A DNA stretch of 63,149 nt, the filler included, from Octopus bimaculoides (taxonomy: Eukaryota): assembly GCF_001194135.2 (NCBI RefSeq). It is 6 parts of 6 records of this genome, joined end to end, with 100 filler letters (N's around TTAATTAATTAA, not from the genome) between each part and the next. Parts side by side here need not be neighbours in the genome. Positions count along the whole stretch, not along the records: positions 46,503 to 60,373 come from NC_068999.1; positions 60,474 to 62,023 come from NC_068983.1; positions 62,124 to 63,149 come from NW_026306081.1; 3 more parts are not named here. One strand, written 5' to 3'. This document shows positions 59,036 through 63,149 of this stretch, piece by piece (position 1 is the stretch's first letter; every line of letters begins with the position of its first letter). Both the position numbers and the translations under genes were made by a program. The notes beneath the pieces were generated by a model that was given only the letters and a program-made list of their open reading frames with translations, was not told the DNA's origin and searched no databases.

Positions 59036-62000
59036 AATGTTGAGAAAAAAGAAGTAAAACTATTTCATCAAGTATTTATTGTCATTTCTTTAAAAAAAGT
59101 ATTTGGTTGACAGAAACTGTGGAATAAGTACAAGTCTTGAAAAAATGAATACTTGCCTTGATTTGTTTGACGAAACCCATCAAGATAGTACTCCAGCTTG
59201 GCTACAGCTCAATGACAGAAACAAGATAAGAGATAATGTGTTGTTGTTTTTTTGTGTATAAATTAACGTGGTTTTAAGGAAGGGAGTTGAGAACTGTTCA
59301 TTTAGCTGTTTTCTATTTTGAGCTGCACTGTTTTCTTTTTGATATCCAAGCAATTGGATGTATTTGAAGCAAAAGAAAAAGAGAAGAAACAATTGTAAGG
59401 AGAATAAAAATATTTTGATGTGGTGATGTTTATTGATTTTATTACCATCAGTGTTATAACCACCATTGCCTTTCCATATTCAGGTTATTCCCCAAAGGAT
59501 GAGAAATTGTGGTGATTGATAAAAGACAGAATCTCTCCTTCTATTAAGGCTCACATGCTTATGTATGTAAATGTACACACCAGATATACAAAGATGGCAA
59601 ACTTAACTATTTTTCCATAGAGTGAAAAATCTGACGAACAGCCTGTAGTGGAAGGATTCCAACCACCCTTAACTGACCAGAGGTGGACTGACTCATTGCT
59701 ATAAATTAAAGAACTGTGAGTGAATGGCACTTCATTTTGGTAGCAGTTCACTGTGAGCCATGAGTCTTGTGTGATTGTAATAGCAGTGTGTCGTGTATAC
59801 ACTTTCTTCCTTGCTGCTTTGCTAAATTATATAACCAATACAAGAATGTAAAACAGCCTTAACTTATTAGCATTTAAACTGGTTATATCTGGTCCAAATA
59901 TTGTACTTATTTTATGTTCACACTGGCCAGATCCAGCCTTTAACACCAACCCTACAATATCATTCTAAAAACAAACAATCACATCATCAAAATCTTTAAG
60001 TTACAAGATAATGCATGGTCAATTCAAAACAACATGAATAAATAAACATTCCATTTAACAGAGTAATCTGAATGCTGAAGGATAAATTAGTTTTCAACCT
60101 GTGTCTCATCAGAGGTGTCTACATCACTTGATCCATCCAGAGAAACAAGTCCAGTAGTTTCAGATAACTGGGGTTACTAATTTGCATATTATAAATGCTT
60201 AAAACTTTATTTAATATCAAATCCTAGTCCACACAATATCTAGGTATCATACAGTATATGATATGTAAACCTAGGTATGCTACACATGTGAAATTTACAA
60301 CATGGATACTACAAACAACAAATATAACTCAAGCATTATTGGAATTGCATGCCTGACCAAAGATTAATAGACTNNNNNNNNNNNNNNNNNNNNNNNNNNN
60401 NNNNNNNNNNNNNNNNNTTAATTAATTAANNNNNNNNNNNNNNNNNNNNNNNNNNNNNNNNNNNNNNNNNNNNATTTGTTTTCTATTTTGATAAATTCTC
60501 TCTGTTGAAAATTATATTTTTATATTTTAAATAATTTGCAATTTCAGGAAATATGTTTTTATATTAAATTTGTGTTTTCTACTCACGACTAGCTAGCGCG
60601 GACGCGCGAACTTTCGAGTTATAGATAGATAGATAGATAGAGAGAGAGACAGACAGACATATAGGTCGCTCCGGCCAGTCATGGTATTAGCTGTCAGTAG
60701 TCAAAGAATCGACAGGCATGCAGGCAGACAGGCAGACAGACAGATACTTCACTAGCAGGCAGTGAGCACTTTCACTTCTGACAGCTAATAGCATGATAGT
60801 GCCGATCTGGCACGATCTTTCATATCATGGATTGAGAATGCACCCACTCGCTTCCCTGAGCTCAATTTTGAAACGTGCCACTGCTCTCCTGTATACGCCC
60901 TCACGCGCACATTTGCTGTACTGCCCAGTCACTGACATCACACATTTTTGCACGCAAAGCGACACTGTTCCGTATACACTTCAACGATCCCCTCTCCTGA
61001 TATGCAAAATTTCTCCTCAATCATTCCAGGGCATTTATCATACATTTCTTTGTTTCCTTTCTTCGTTCGCTTCCCTCCCAGGAAGCTTACTGGCGAGGAG
61101 AGTGATATAGGAACCTGGCAGGCGTGACGTGGATTCGATCCACTTTACCCATATTTGAATAGCTAAGCCGAAGTGGTCTCCACCACTTGACCCTTTTCTG
61201 ACCTCTTCTGCTCCATCTAGAATTGAGGTAAACAAGCTAAATCCTCTTTTCTCTTTCTAGTGACCATTGGTCACTTGACGTCTCATGGAGAAGGATGCCT
61301 GGCTGATCAGCTACAATTTGGCAGAGGGAGAAATAACTTTACTGTCAGCCACTGTCAGACAACGGCGCCCACATTATAACCCTACCATCTCTCCCTCTAT
61401 ACAATTACTGCTATAAAAAAAAGGAACATACAGATACAGGCCTAAATTCTCAACCTTGCATGTTTTATATACTATTACACTGGCCTACCCGTCGTGGTAT
61501 GGCAACATAGAATGTAACGGCATAAATAAATATTTTCTTATAAAAAATGATCTTCATCGTTCAATCATAAAACCGTTACATATATATATATATGTCTCTA
61601 GATAAGAGACAATAAAATCAGAGACAGTTAGAATTTCTGTCTAGAACCAATTACTAGCCTGCTAACCTTGGCTATGTCAAAATGGATTTTTATGTATTCT
61701 TCTCACTTGGATTTTAAATGTTGCCACAATTATATGTCTATTCTACTGTAATTTTCTGCATTTTCGTGCAGCTGAAGATTGCTCTACATATTGCATTTAA
61801 TGTAATGCTCGCATTACTTAAATAAATGGAGTAGCATGAAACGTGCGTACTGCAATCATCTTTAAAATCCGTGTTGCTTATTTTGATTTTTTGATCACCT
61901 CGTTTTTGGAATGGTTTTTGTATAATACCATACCATACTATATTCTGGTGCCTAAACATAAGTACCATATTCAATTTTGAATCTAAATCTAAACCTATAT

Positions 62001-62599
62001 ATATATATATAAATATATATATANNNNNNNNNNNNNNNNNNNNNNNNNNNNNNNNNNNNNNNNNNNNTTAATTAATTAANNNNNNNNNNNNNNNNNNNNN
62101 NNNNNNNNNNNNNNNNNNNNNNNCTATCTATCTATCTATCTATGCATGTGTATGTTTGTATACGCATACACACATATATCTATGTACATATGTATACGTG
62201 TTTATATGGAGACACATGTAGGTATTCTTATTATGAATGCAACGGATAAATGATATTATGAATAAAGAGCAGTGAATAGACAGCATTAGCTTTATGTTGT
62301 GTATGTTACGAAACCCAGTAGCATACACAACATGAATCTTTTGCCCAAGGTGAAGTACAACCAGGAAACCAATAGGTGTTTAAACGGACTAATAGAAATA
62401 GTAACCAACCAAAACCAAAGATCTTTCCAGTTATCCCCTACCTTCTTTAAAAAGAAAGACACAAGAGATAATATGGCTCTAATGCACACTCTATCTGAAT
62501 GATAGACTGCACATACATATGATTAAATATATGTGTATCCTTACAGAAACGCTGACAGAAATGACATCGTTTGCATTTAGGGATCTCAGATGCTAACAG

Positions 62600-63149
62600 T
62601 CTAAGAGAAAAGAATCCGATGCCTTGGGAAGAATTACGATTTTANNNNNNNNNNTTAAGGACAATGACATCAAAACCCAACTAAACAAGAGGCTGAAGGC
62701 AGTTGATAAAAGCCATCTACTTGGGAGGTTTAAAGTGTAGTGCTTCCAGTATGATATCTTATCGAGATTGCTGTGGTCAGTTTTGCTATATGGCTTTGCC
62801 ATGACTAAGATGGAAACACTGGAGAAGTTGTGCAGTAAATTAACGCGAAGGTGATTGGGCGTTCCATTTCCCTTAACTCTCTGATCAATCAACCTGTAAG
62901 CATCTACCAATTTCAACAATGGTGAAGGAATTCGAAGCCACCGAAGTAAGAGCAGCCAGCTCGTTGTTACTACTCGATGATTATAAATTCAGACGCGACA
63001 ACAAAGCCATAAAGTGCAACAAAAGGTGGAATCCCTAGGAGAGTATGAAGGAAGCGAAAACGTACTGGAAGCATCAGGAGATTATTGTAGTAGTCAAGGA
63101 CACTTAGGACATGGCAACTACAGCACCGAGAGGTGGAAAAATATTAATG
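62600..63149 (+). mobile_element. HERO/NeSL-like non-LTR retrotransposon fragment (post-RT region)
   Basis: LLGRFKV*CFQYDILSRLLWSVLLY..LEKLCSKLTRR*LGVP..LPISTMVKEFEATEVR..KRWNP..EAKTYWKHQEIIVVVQGHLGHG; frameshifted; runs off the window end. Confidence 0.72.

Noticed and set aside
1-63149. CRISPR arrays, rRNA, prokaryotic operons or defence systems
   Set aside because: No regularly spaced repeat-spacer array or rRNA motifs; the sequence is intron-rich eukaryotic DNA.

Overview
AT-rich, microsatellite- and retroposon-saturated eukaryotic DNA from a gappy draft assembly. The SINE families and (AT)/(AC)/(AG) load point to a coleoid cephalopod, most likely Octopus (inference). The main host gene is a + strand betaglycan/TGF-beta receptor III-like (TGFBR3/endoglin family) gene. 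Four phase-compatible exons can be read: 19193-19367 (end of orphan domain), 22513-22697, 28041-28187 (ZP-N) and 30382-30633 (acidic Ser-Gly linker). Earlier exons and the ZP-C/TM exons were not found. Near 57.9-59.0 kb are two exon-like segments of a probable MYND-associated-domain gene, with a Helentron-like element between them. There are two promoter-like motif clusters (52.0 and 56.3 kb) and weak candidate minus-strand exons. Transposable elements: an internally deleted CsRn1-type Gypsy element with both LTRs, PBS, PPT and TSD; a near full-length degenerate RTE LINE; Tigger and Tc1/mariner fossils; R4/Dong, HERO, Penelope, L2/CR1 and BEL/Pao fragments; about 30 SINE copies; and a palindromic MITE. 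Structural highlights are an inverted pair of Penelope-type minimal hammerhead ribozymes, a 47-bp hairpin private to one LTR, and inverted SINE pairs inside the betaglycan introns. All family assignments come from motif recognition by eye; no database search was run.
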